From IMG/VR virus record IMGVR_UViG_3300036760_000108, positions 1-58,802 of that record: a DNA stretch of 58,802 bases, one strand, 5' to 3'. This DNA is from a virus. Its lineage: Duplodnaviria > Caudoviricetes. The first letter of the stretch is position 1, and the number at the start of each line of letters is the position of its first letter. The translations under genes were made by a program, and so were the position numbers. The notes beneath the pieces were generated by a model. That model ran no database searches, was not told where the DNA came from, and was given only the letters and a program-made list of their open reading frames with translations. This document shows positions 18,373 to 26,454 of the stretch, piece by piece.

Positions 18373-18734
18373 TGGATTTTGAGGCTGCAGCTAAAGATGA
18401 ATACAATCTTCCAGAAGAAACAAAGATTTTGGAACAATTAGCTAATCTAGAGAAGCAAACTCATGCAGGAGCGTTATTTGAAGATTTACGCCGGCATCCC
18501 GCATGGCAGAAGATTGAAGAGTATATGAAAAACTATATTGAAGAATCACAGAAGAAAATCTTCTCAGATCCTGATGGTGATCATCGAAAGGCTATCTTTC
18601 AAGTGCAGGGAATGATCCTTCTTAGGAATTGGATTCATGGTCAGAGTTTAGCAGGACAGATTGCGTCACGCGCCATTCAAGAACACTTTAAAGCAGTGCA
18701 AGAAGAGAAACAGCAGTTAGGAATTACAGAGTAG
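18372..18734 (+). CDS. Conserved pre-scaffold protein
   Basis: HPAWQKIEE...FQVQG; usual position between portal and scaffold. Confidence 0.6.
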   Translation: MDFEAAAKDEYNLPEETKILEQLANLEKQTHAGALFEDLRRHPAWQKIEEYMKNYIEESQKKIFSDPDGDHRKAIFQVQGMILLRNWIHGQSLAGQIASRAIQEHFKAVQEEKQQLGITE

Positions 18735-18799
18735 TTGGGGGAACTTCGTAGCCAACGCCTGACCCCGAAAGGGACAATCAACAAGCAAAGGAGCATCAA

Positions 18800-19804
18800 A
18801 TGGCACAGGGTGAGTCAATTGTTAGTCCGGCCTCGATCAATGCGAGAGCTGAGGCCTTAGAGAAAGCTGAGAAAGAAGCAGCGGCAAAAGGATCAGAAGC
18901 GAACGCCGGTGATGAAGCTGCTAAAGTTGCAGCGGAAAAAGCAGCTGCCGATAAAGCAGCGGCTGATAAAGTTGAAGCAGATAAGAAAGCTGCGGAAGCT
19001 AAAACCAGTGAAGGCAAGACCGGAACGGAAGATGTGAATAAACCTCCGGTAAAGAAAGCGCCGAATGATCCTGATGAGTTGCGAAAGTGGAATACGCGTG
19101 TCAGTCAGGAAAACAAAAAGCTTCGTGATGAGATGTCTGCGCTAAAAGAAGCGCAGGAGAAAACCTTTAAGCTGTTGTCTAAGATTTCTAAGACACCAGT
19201 CGATTACAAAGAATTAGCCAAAGATCCTGAGAAGTTGCAGAAGTTTATTGAAGAAGAGCGTGAGAATGCCACTTCTGAATTGAGAGTTCAACTTGATCAA
19301 GCATCGGCTGATGCGAAAGCAAAAGACACGATGGTTGAACGAATGAAACGTGAGCATGACACTGAGAACTACCCTGAGTGGAAAAGATTGTATCCCAGTA
19401 TTGTGAAAATTGCGATGGGACCCACTGGGCAGGGTGATCCTCGTGTTGACTTTACGAAGCCGTCTGGTGAAGTATTGGATGCATTGTATGAGTTGGCTCT
19501 TTCTGAGAATCCAGCTCCTGCAGCGCCAGTGGTTCCTGTAGTTCCGGTTGAGAAAGTTTATAAAGAATCAGAAATGAAAGTTCTGTTAGCAGAAATGTTA
19601 GCGAAAGAGAAAGATGCGATTGCTAAGTCTGCAAAAGAAGAAGCAATAAAAGAAGCACAGCAAGCATTGTCAGAAGAAGCAAAAGGTGGAACAGTTGCTA
19701 GTGCCGGAAAAGGTGCAGGTAGAGTTCCTTCTGATCATCTTGCTGCTTTCAAGAAGATGTCACTCAATGAACAACGTGAGTGGCTTATTTCACAGCAACA
19801 GTAA
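18800..19804 (+). CDS. Capsid scaffolding protein
   Basis: Charged helical low-complexity protein upstream of MCP; C-terminal KMSLNEQREWL helix. Confidence 0.75.
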   Translation: MAQGESIVSPASINARAEALEKAEKEAAAKGSEANAGDEAAKVAAEKAAADKAAADKVEADKKAAEAKTSEGKTGTEDVNKPPVKKAPNDPDELRKWNTRVSQENKKLRDEMSALKEAQEKTFKLLSKISKTPVDYKELAKDPEKLQKFIEEERENATSELRVQLDQASADAKAKDTMVERMKREHDTENYPEWKRLYPSIVKIAMGPTGQGDPRVDFTKPSGEVLDALYELALSENPAPAAPVVPVVPVEKVYKESEMKVLLAEMLAKEKDAIAKSAKEEAIKEAQQALSEEAKGGTVASAGKGAGRVPSDHLAAFKKMSLNEQREWLISQQQ

Positions 19805-19850
19805 AATTAAATAATAAAAAGACCAGGGGTTAAAATCCCTGGCACAATTT

Positions 19851-19924
19851 TAGCAACTAGGTCGCGGGTTCGAATCCCGCCTGACTCCTTGAGTCAGTAG
19901 CTCAGTGGGCAGAGCAGTCGCTTT
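19851..19924 (+). ncRNA. Circularly permuted tRNA(-Lys)-like RNA / YrlA-like tRNA mimic
   Basis: 3' half (AGGTC GCGGG TTCGAAT CCCGC CTGACTC) precedes 5' half (GAGTCAG TA GCTC AGTGGGCA GAGC AGTCG CTTT), joined by CTT. Confidence 0.8.
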
Positions 19925-20000
19925 CGCGGGTGGAGGGTAGAGTTATCCTATCGGCCTCATACGCCGATTAACCAAGTGCGACTCTTGGACTCCGCAACCA
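19925..20000 (+). tRNA. tRNA-Met(CAT), initiator-like, atypical
   Basis: 76 nt; TCGGC-CTCATAC-GCCGA anticodon arm; C1:A72; encoded CCA; T-loop TGCGACT. Confidence 0.75.
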
Positions 20001-20011
20001 TTTGTCTTAGT

Positions 20012-20088
20012 GGGCTTATAGCTCAGCTAGGGAGAGCAGCACATTTGCAATGTGAAGGTCATAGGTTCAATTCCTATTAGGTCCACCA
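20012..20088 (+). tRNA. tRNA-Ala(TGC)
   Basis: Cloverleaf, G3:U70, A73, TTCAATT T-loop, CCA. Confidence 0.92.
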
Positions 20089-20330
20089 AGACAAACTAAT
20101 TTTAAGTTACCAAACAGACCCTTATATTAGGATAACCTGTTAGGTAACTCAGCAAGGCCCCTCGGTGTACGAGATAAGGCATGTGTCCATTAGTAACGGA
20201 CAAGCGTGAAGTACGGACGCCCCAGTGAAAATGAATGCGGTAACGGCTAAACGGTTACTAACCTTGGAACTTGTACCAACGTGCTTGAGATATTGCGCTC
20301 ACACGTATTAAACTCAAAAAGGTAAACAAA

Positions 20331-21275
20331 ATGGCTCTTAATGTTAATATTACCTCTACGGGTGGGCTTAATGACGCTTCTGCGATTTTCTATGATCGCA
20401 AACTCTTGACCCGCCTTATGTTCTCTTTGTTTTTCCAAGAGAATGCTGAAAAGCGCACACTGCCGAAAGCCAGTGGTACGCAGATTCAGTTCCTGCGTCC
20501 TGTGAATCAGGCTGCAGTTACTTCACCCCTCGGTGAAGGCGCAAACCCCAATGGTCAGGTCTGGCAGTCCACGAAGATTCTGGCTACGCCTCTGCAATAT
20601 GGCGCGTTCGTTTCGTATTCTGATCGCCTCATGTTGGAAGCGTATGACAACATCACGGAAGCTATCCATGACGTTCTTGGGTATCAGGCCGGATTGTCGC
20701 TGGATACTATTTGCCGAAATGCTCTTTCTGGCAACATGACCATCCAGTATACCGGATCAGCTGTCTCTGAAATCACGACTTCTGTGGTTGCAGCCGGCGT
20801 TGACTTCCGACGTGCTTCAGCGCATCTCCGGGCTCTCTCGGTTATGCCGTTTGAAGATGGGACGTATCACGGAATTGTGCATCCTAACACCTCATTCGAT
20901 CTGCAAAGCGACAGCGCAGTGAGTGGTTGGATCGAGCTGAATAAGTACATCAGCATCGACAAAGTGCATGAAAAAGCTCTCGCTGGCGAACTTGGGAAGT
21001 TGTACAACATTCGTTTCCAAGAATCGCAGAACGTCCTCACTGGGACCGGGGCGGCTTCGGCTGTCACGTATCACAGCTGGGTGTTTGGAAAGGAATCCTT
21101 TGGTGCGGTCGATGTGGCCAATCAAGGAATCCAGAAGATCGTGCATCAGCCGGGTGATTCAGGCGTTGCTGATCCGTTGAACCTCAACGGCAGCATTGGC
21201 TGGAAAGCTTATGCGGTGTTCCCTGTTCTGGACTCGAATCGTGCTATTGAAGTTATTGGTACGAGCGCGGCCTAA
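20331..21275 (+). CDS. Major capsid protein (N4-gp56 family)
   Basis: FYDRKLL, LGEGANP, QYGAF, GIVHP, GELGKLYNIRF, DPLNLNGSIGWK. Confidence 0.92.
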   Translation: MALNVNITSTGGLNDASAIFYDRKLLTRLMFSLFFQENAEKRTLPKASGTQIQFLRPVNQAAVTSPLGEGANPNGQVWQSTKILATPLQYGAFVSYSDRLMLEAYDNITEAIHDVLGYQAGLSLDTICRNALSGNMTIQYTGSAVSEITTSVVAAGVDFRRASAHLRALSVMPFEDGTYHGIVHPNTSFDLQSDSAVSGWIELNKYISIDKVHEKALAGELGKLYNIRFQESQNVLTGTGAASAVTYHSWVFGKESFGAVDVANQGIQKIVHQPGDSGVADPLNLNGSIGWKAYAVFPVLDSNRAIEVIGTSAA

Positions 21276-21295
21276 GCAGTAGTTTTAAAGTTAGC

Positions 21296-21331
21296 CATGG
21301 CGGGGTTTATAAATCCCGCCATGCACAATTT
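21296..21331 (+). terminator. Hairpin after MCP (terminator or processing site)
   Basis: CATGGCGGG/CCCGCCATG stem; weak U-tract. Confidence 0.55.
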
Positions 21332-21393
21332 AGACGGGATAGAGCAGAGCGTCTTAAAATAAATAACTGCTCGACGTTTTAAGGAGATATAAA

Positions 21394-21597
21394 ATGGACA
21401 TGTCTATGAAAGAAGAAAAGAATCCTACCTTCAAATGCCCTAGTTGTGGAATGATGCTTTCTGTTGAGCCTAAAGAAGAGGCTGAAATGGAACATAAGAA
21501 GCTTGGGAAGAAGGTAAATGCTGGAAATATGCCTATGACCTCACTCAAAGATAAGATTAGCTCATCTCCCAGTTCTCCAAATCTTAATTCGTACTAA
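21394..21597 (+). CDS. Small protein with CxxC and scaffold-like C-terminal motif
   Basis: CPSCG; NMPMTSLKDKI; AAGGAG RBS. Confidence 0.65.
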   Translation: MDMSMKEEKNPTFKCPSCGMMLSVEPKEEAEMEHKKLGKKVNAGNMPMTSLKDKISSSPSSPNLNSY

Positions 21598-21600
21598 AAT

Positions 21601-21936
21601 ATGGATACTTCTGGATTTGGGACACTAACTGGATTTGCTAATTTGCTGAAAGGTGCCAATAATGTTCCTGCAGCTGATGCAGGTACTGCCAAAGTGCCTC
21701 TTTCCCTGCTTCCAGCTGGTGCACAGCCCGGTCAACGCATTAGTTTGACTGTGACAGGCATTGATGCCGTCTCTGGGATGGCTACTGTGGTGCCAGATGC
21801 AGTACAAGAAGCCGTACCGCCCGCTCCGGCAGCTGCTGGTGGCCTGAAACAGGACGCGGTAGACAAAGCTATTACAATGGGACCGATGGACGACCTTCGT
21901 ACCTATCTCTTCCAGAAGACCCAAGAACAGGAGTAA
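21601..21936 (+). CDS. Small head-region protein
   Basis: PGQRISLTVTG; C-terminal GPMDDLRTYL. Confidence 0.65.
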   Translation: MDTSGFGTLTGFANLLKGANNVPAADAGTAKVPLSLLPAGAQPGQRISLTVTGIDAVSGMATVVPDAVQEAVPPAPAAAGGLKQDAVDKAITMGPMDDLRTYLFQKTQEQE

Positions 21937-21940
21937 TTCT

Positions 21941-22276
21941 ATGGAAAAAGTAACGTCTGCTGATCCAGTGATGGGTCCGACCGAGAACAAGATGCCCACG
22001 ACCATGTATGTGAAGCACGATGACATGCCGGGATTGGATGAAGCGGCTCTTGGTGATCGAGTAAAATTTATTGTGACCGGCAAAGTCATTGCCAATCGTG
22101 CTGGTGACAAATATAGTAATGGTGAAGGCAACATTGAAGTGATAAGTATTGAGAATGCCGATCCTGTCAAGAAAGAGAATGCTGCTACGATGCACCTTGA
22201 CAAACTGAAATCAAAATTACCGAAGGCTGATGAGACGGAAGAGAAGGACGACGAAGCTGAAGAAGAAAAGGAGTAA
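21941..22276 (+). CDS. Small head-region protein
   Basis: LGDRVKFIVTG; TMHLDKLKSKL. Confidence 0.65.
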   Translation: MEKVTSADPVMGPTENKMPTTMYVKHDDMPGLDEAALGDRVKFIVTGKVIANRAGDKYSNGEGNIEVISIENADPVKKENAATMHLDKLKSKLPKADETEEKDDEAEEEKE

Positions 22277-22279
22277 TCC

Positions 22280-22819
22280 ATGGGCCGCGCACTTGTGGGG
22301 TTGCAAACAGGAGATTTTTATAGGTGCATGAAGCAGTTGAATCATAATCTGCGAATCTGCAGCATTGATGGAAGTGGTCATGCAGCTGGATTATATTATA
22401 TTGATGACCGAGAAGGCTACACTGCTATTTGTGGTGTTGACAAAGGCTATGTGCCAGTCACAACGATGGTTGATGAAGTGGGGCACATCCTAAAAAGCGG
22501 GTGGGTCCGGGTTGTTCGATTGCTTTTAGCGCGGGGGCTCACCTCCGTTGCTCAGGTTCAGAAGGTTTGGCCTAATTTCTTTCTTTCACGTATTCCGAAA
22601 ACAGAGTTTCAGAATATTGATCCAATCTTGAAGAAAGTTGGCAAGTTTGTTTTTGAAGAAGAAGATAAACGTGGTAAGCAGGGAATGACGGCTGATCAAA
22701 TCATGGAAGTAGCAGAAGAGATTCATTCTAAGGATTCAGAAGCAAAGAAAGAAGCAGATGACCGTCACAAATGGGAACTAAAGAAAGCGTTAGACTTAGA
22801 TCAGACGCTTTACATCTAA
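22280..22819 (+). CDS. Hypothetical virion-region protein
   Basis: ORF with AGGAG RBS. Confidence 0.65.
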   Translation: MGRALVGLQTGDFYRCMKQLNHNLRICSIDGSGHAAGLYYIDDREGYTAICGVDKGYVPVTTMVDEVGHILKSGWVRVVRLLLARGLTSVAQVQKVWPNFFLSRIPKTEFQNIDPILKKVGKFVFEEEDKRGKQGMTADQIMEVAEEIHSKDSEAKKEADDRHKWELKKALDLDQTLYI

Positions 22820-22838
22820 TTTATTGGAGCTATCAAAC

Positions 22839-24053
22839 ATGAGCACATACACGTACCCTTCTGTAGCTATTGAAACATATCTTACTTTCACTGCCAAAAG
22901 AGTTGGACAAGCACCGACTATCACTTTTACTAACGGGGCAGTAGCCGGAAGTGAAGTAGTGTCTGTTGATTCTAGCAACAACATCTCTGTCCAGATCGCT
23001 TCTGGTACTTCTACCAACGCGCAGATCAAAGCCGCTATTGAAGCACATGCTGTAACAAGTGGCTTCAGCGCTAGTGACCTTGTTACAGTATCTATTACCA
23101 CAGGGCATACGACCGATACACAAGTATCATGCGTCAATGCAACTCTCGCAAGTGGACTTACAACCGCAGTTAAAGCGTCTTTGACCCTGGCTGGTTTAAA
23201 GTATACAGCGCAGACTGCAGGAACGGCGGGAAATAGTATACGAGTTAAATATACCTCTGGTGCATCTCTTACTGTTTCTGTTTCTACGAATGACATTACT
23301 GTGCAGCTTAATAATGATGGTACTTCTACTAATGCTCTCATTGCAGCTGCAGTATTAGCTTCTGGCCCAGCTGCTGCTCTTGTTTCTACAGCCAGTTCTG
23401 GTGAAGCTACATCAAGAGTTCCTACTACAGATGCGGCATTAGCTTTCACGAATTTATCAGGTGGTTTGAGTGCAGCTGTTGCTACTCTTACTGTGCAAGA
23501 TCTTACGTTTGCTAGTGACAGTTCTACAACTGGAACAGTGGATAATGGAAGAACCATTTCTTATACGACTGGTGCAACGGCAGGTGCAGAAGTTGTTTCT
23601 GGAACGAGCAACATTAGTGTCCAGATTGAGAATGGAGTATCCACAGCTACTCAGATCAAAGCTGCATTGGATGCGTATTCTCCGTTTCAAACTGGATTAG
23701 CTTGTACGATTTCAGGGACTGGATCAACAGCTCAGAAGACTGTTAATGTTGCTCCGATGACTGGAGCAGTGGCTCCTAATATTCTTGGGTTCTTTGTTGA
23801 CAATTCTATTACTGCTCTTACTTCGTCTTATGTGTATTTTCCCTTCGCTGTGAGATATAACACGATTGTTCTGCATAATGATGAAACAACAGGCGCGAAA
23901 CAAGTAATCTTTAGTTGGGACGGAATTAATAATCACGGAATTCTTGATCCCGGTGAAAGCGTTACTTTAGATAATGCTAATATGGCTGCAGTATTCTTAA
24001 AGTATGGAAATGGGGCCCCTGTGTACCGGGTGTTTGCCGGCGGCTCATTTTAA
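22839..24053 (+). CDS. Structural protein with three internal beta-domain repeats
   Basis: ISVQIASGTSTNAQI / ITVQLNNDGTSTNALI / ISVQIENGVSTATQI. Confidence 0.7.
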   Translation: MSTYTYPSVAIETYLTFTAKRVGQAPTITFTNGAVAGSEVVSVDSSNNISVQIASGTSTNAQIKAAIEAHAVTSGFSASDLVTVSITTGHTTDTQVSCVNATLASGLTTAVKASLTLAGLKYTAQTAGTAGNSIRVKYTSGASLTVSVSTNDITVQLNNDGTSTNALIAAAVLASGPAAALVSTASSGEATSRVPTTDAALAFTNLSGGLSAAVATLTVQDLTFASDSSTTGTVDNGRTISYTTGATAGAEVVSGTSNISVQIENGVSTATQIKAALDAYSPFQTGLACTISGTGSTAQKTVNVAPMTGAVAPNILGFFVDNSITALTSSYVYFPFAVRYNTIVLHNDETTGAKQVIFSWDGINNHGILDPGESVTLDNANMAAVFLKYGNGAPVYRVFAGGSF

Positions 24054-24056
24054 CCG

Positions 24057-25355
24057 ATGAGTGATTTTGACTCTGGAAGGGTAGAAGTAGACGGAGTAGT
24101 AACTACTTCACCAACAGGGACACAGAATGTAGCTCTTGTCAGTACATATGTTGTACAGCCTGTTAGTGGAACGTTTACTTACACACCCCCCTCTAGTTCT
24201 TTAGACTTATTTGGAAGAAATCGAGTATCAATTCCAGAAAGTCTATTTTCGGCTCAGTTCTTAATAGACAAGGCTCCTTTACTTTGGGATGAATTATTAG
24301 TCAGTGGTGGTACATCAACATTTGTAGCCAACACATCTTCCATTGCTCTAGCTGTTACTACAGCAAGTGGCGATAGAGTCGTTCGTCAGACAAAAGAGTA
24401 CTTTGCGTATGAACCAGATAGGGCACAACAGTTTGCGTTTACGTTTCTATTTGGAACTGCCACTACAAATTGTGTGCAACGTATAGGAGCTTTTGATGAT
24501 AATGACGGAGTATTCATTCAATTAAGTGGTAGTTCATTTAGTACTGTAATCCGGTCTAGCTCAAGTGGAAGCCCAGTTAATAATGTTATTTCACAGTCTA
24601 GTTTTAATATTGATAAACTAGATGGAACGGGACCTAGTGGGATGACTCTTGATGTCACAAAAGTGCAGCTTATATTTATTGAGTATCAATGGTTTGGAGT
24701 TGGAACAGTAAGATTTGGAATCTTTTGGAATGGTCAGATTTTTTACTTTCATCAAGTACACCATGCGAATATCAGTACACAAGTGTACATGAAAAGAGGA
24801 AGTTTACCTGCTAGGTATGAGATAGTGAATACAGGGACCCTTGCTAATGCTGTTACACTGGAACAGATATGCTGCGCTGTTCAATCAGAAGCTGGTTATA
24901 AACCTACAGGAATAAAACGTGCGATAGACACAGGCACTACAGCGATAACTGTAACTTCTACCAATTCAAGACCGCTACTATCTATTAGATTGAAGTCAAC
25001 AGCTATTCGTGCATCAGTAATTCCTGAATTTTTTAGCATATTAACTGATGCGGCTAACAATTACAGATTTCAAATTGTCTTGAACGGATCATTAACAGGT
25101 GCAAGTTTTTCATCAGTAGCTACCGCGTCAGTAGTAGAATTTGACACGGCTGCGACAGCTATGACGGGAGGTACGCTTTTATCTGCGGGATATATTTCTA
25201 GTAGTGTTCGTCAGGCTATTGGAATTGACTTAGCGTCTCTTTTAAAAATTGTAAGTAACATTAGTGGAACATCAGACACCTTAACTTTGTACGTATCTAA
25301 TATCAGCTCTAACGTAGCTTATCATGGTGCGCTAGAATGGAAGGAGTTTTCTTAA
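24057..25355 (+). CDS. Structural protein (lectin/jelly-roll-like)
   Basis: DLFGRNRVS, RQTKEYFAY, QWFGVGTVRFG conserved virion-protein motifs. Confidence 0.65.
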   Translation: MSDFDSGRVEVDGVVTTSPTGTQNVALVSTYVVQPVSGTFTYTPPSSSLDLFGRNRVSIPESLFSAQFLIDKAPLLWDELLVSGGTSTFVANTSSIALAVTTASGDRVVRQTKEYFAYEPDRAQQFAFTFLFGTATTNCVQRIGAFDDNDGVFIQLSGSSFSTVIRSSSSGSPVNNVISQSSFNIDKLDGTGPSGMTLDVTKVQLIFIEYQWFGVGTVRFGIFWNGQIFYFHQVHHANISTQVYMKRGSLPARYEIVNTGTLANAVTLEQICCAVQSEAGYKPTGIKRAIDTGTTAITVTSTNSRPLLSIRLKSTAIRASVIPEFFSILTDAANNYRFQIVLNGSLTGASFSSVATASVVEFDTAATAMTGGTLLSAGYISSSVRQAIGIDLASLLKIVSNISGTSDTLTLYVSNISSNVAYHGALEWKEFS

Positions 25356-25595
25356 ATGGAAGATTTTGGAAGATTGCGTAACGGAGATTTGAAAGACAAT
25401 GAAGAAGTGCGTTTTGACACGCCTACGGTAGCATCAAGTTCTTTTTCATATGTAGGCTCTGCTGTGCACGGGAGTGCAACATCAGATACTGCTTGGAGTA
25501 TTATTCGTGTTACTTTTGATAATCGAGGCAGAAAAGTAAGAGAACAATTTCGTACCAACGTTAGCTGGGATGACAGAACGATAGGTTGGCTGTAA
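25356..25595 (+). CDS. Small structural protein
   Basis: YVGSA..GSATSDTAWSIIRV...WDDR motif. Confidence 0.65.
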   Translation: MEDFGRLRNGDLKDNEEVRFDTPTVASSSFSYVGSAVHGSATSDTAWSIIRVTFDNRGRKVREQFRTNVSWDDRTIGWL

Positions 25596-25606
25596 AGGAG
25601 ATTTAA

Positions 25607-26299
25607 ATGTCCATCTTTAGTCCAGAAGTTATTGTTGATAATACAGTATTAGTTGATGGTTCAGCTGTCACACAACCAGTTTCTGCTGCTAGTTTGCCAT
25701 TACCATCAGGAGCAGCTACAGAGGCTTCAGTTGCAGCTTTGACTAAGCCTTCTGATATCCAATTGGTTGACGGTTCTGCCACCATTCAACCTGTGAGCGG
25801 GACTGTTACTGCTTCTGTGAGCAACTTTCCGGCTACTCAGCCTGTTTCTGGAACCATCACTGTTGCAAATCCAGGTTTGACAGACACTCAGTTAAGAGCC
25901 TCTGCTGTTCCTGTTTCTGGTACTGTGGCCGTTTCTTCTGTGTCTGGTTCAGTTGCTGTTACAGGGCCACTTACAGACACGCAACTTCGAGCTACTCCTG
26001 TTCCTATCAGTGGAACAGTGTCTATTGGAGCGGCTTCAGCCATTGCAACGGTTACATCGGTAACTGTTAGTCCGGTTGTCGCAACCCTGTCGGTATCCAA
26101 CGTGGCTAAAACTAAAGTTATTGTGCATAATGAAACTGGTACTCTTTTTGTGAAATTGGGAAGTGGTGCATCTTCATCTAGTTATTCATACAGATTAACT
26201 GCTAATACTGTATTAGAAATTTCTGGGTACACTGGTATTGTGACAGCTACAAAAGTATCAGGAACTACTGATGCGCTTGTTACCGAGGTTGGAATTTAA
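25607..26299 (+). CDS. Fibre-like protein with PVSGT repeats
   Basis: Repeated PVSGT(V/I) and LTDTQLRA. Confidence 0.7.
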   Translation: MSIFSPEVIVDNTVLVDGSAVTQPVSAASLPLPSGAATEASVAALTKPSDIQLVDGSATIQPVSGTVTASVSNFPATQPVSGTITVANPGLTDTQLRASAVPVSGTVAVSSVSGSVAVTGPLTDTQLRATPVPISGTVSIGAASAIATVTSVTVSPVVATLSVSNVAKTKVIVHNETGTLFVKLGSGASSSSYSYRLTANTVLEISGYTGIVTATKVSGTTDALVTEVGI

Positions 26300-26433
26300 T
26301 GAATATTGTTACGATAAATGTAACAAATAAGCTAGATCCAGTTGAAGTACAAAGCTGGCTAGATAGCCATGCAGAAGTAACAGTCATTGCCGTAGATGTT
26401 TATGACGATAGATTCTATATCGTATACAAATAA
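26299..26433 (+). CDS. Hypothetical protein (44 aa)
   Basis: Read manually; TAATG coupling, GAGG RBS. Confidence 0.5.
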   Translation: MNIVTINVTNKLDPVEVQSWLDSHAEVTVIAVDVYDDRFYIVYK

Positions 26434-26454
26434 AATAATTAAGGAGCTATTACC

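Noticed and set aside
19851-20088. attP/prophage boundary made of split tRNA halves
   Set aside because: No integrase or host genes; the halves are mutually complementary and only 3 nt apart
22839-24053. Contractile tail sheath
   Set aside because: Only insertion-like repeats; no sheath core, tube, baseplate or tape measure genes recognised
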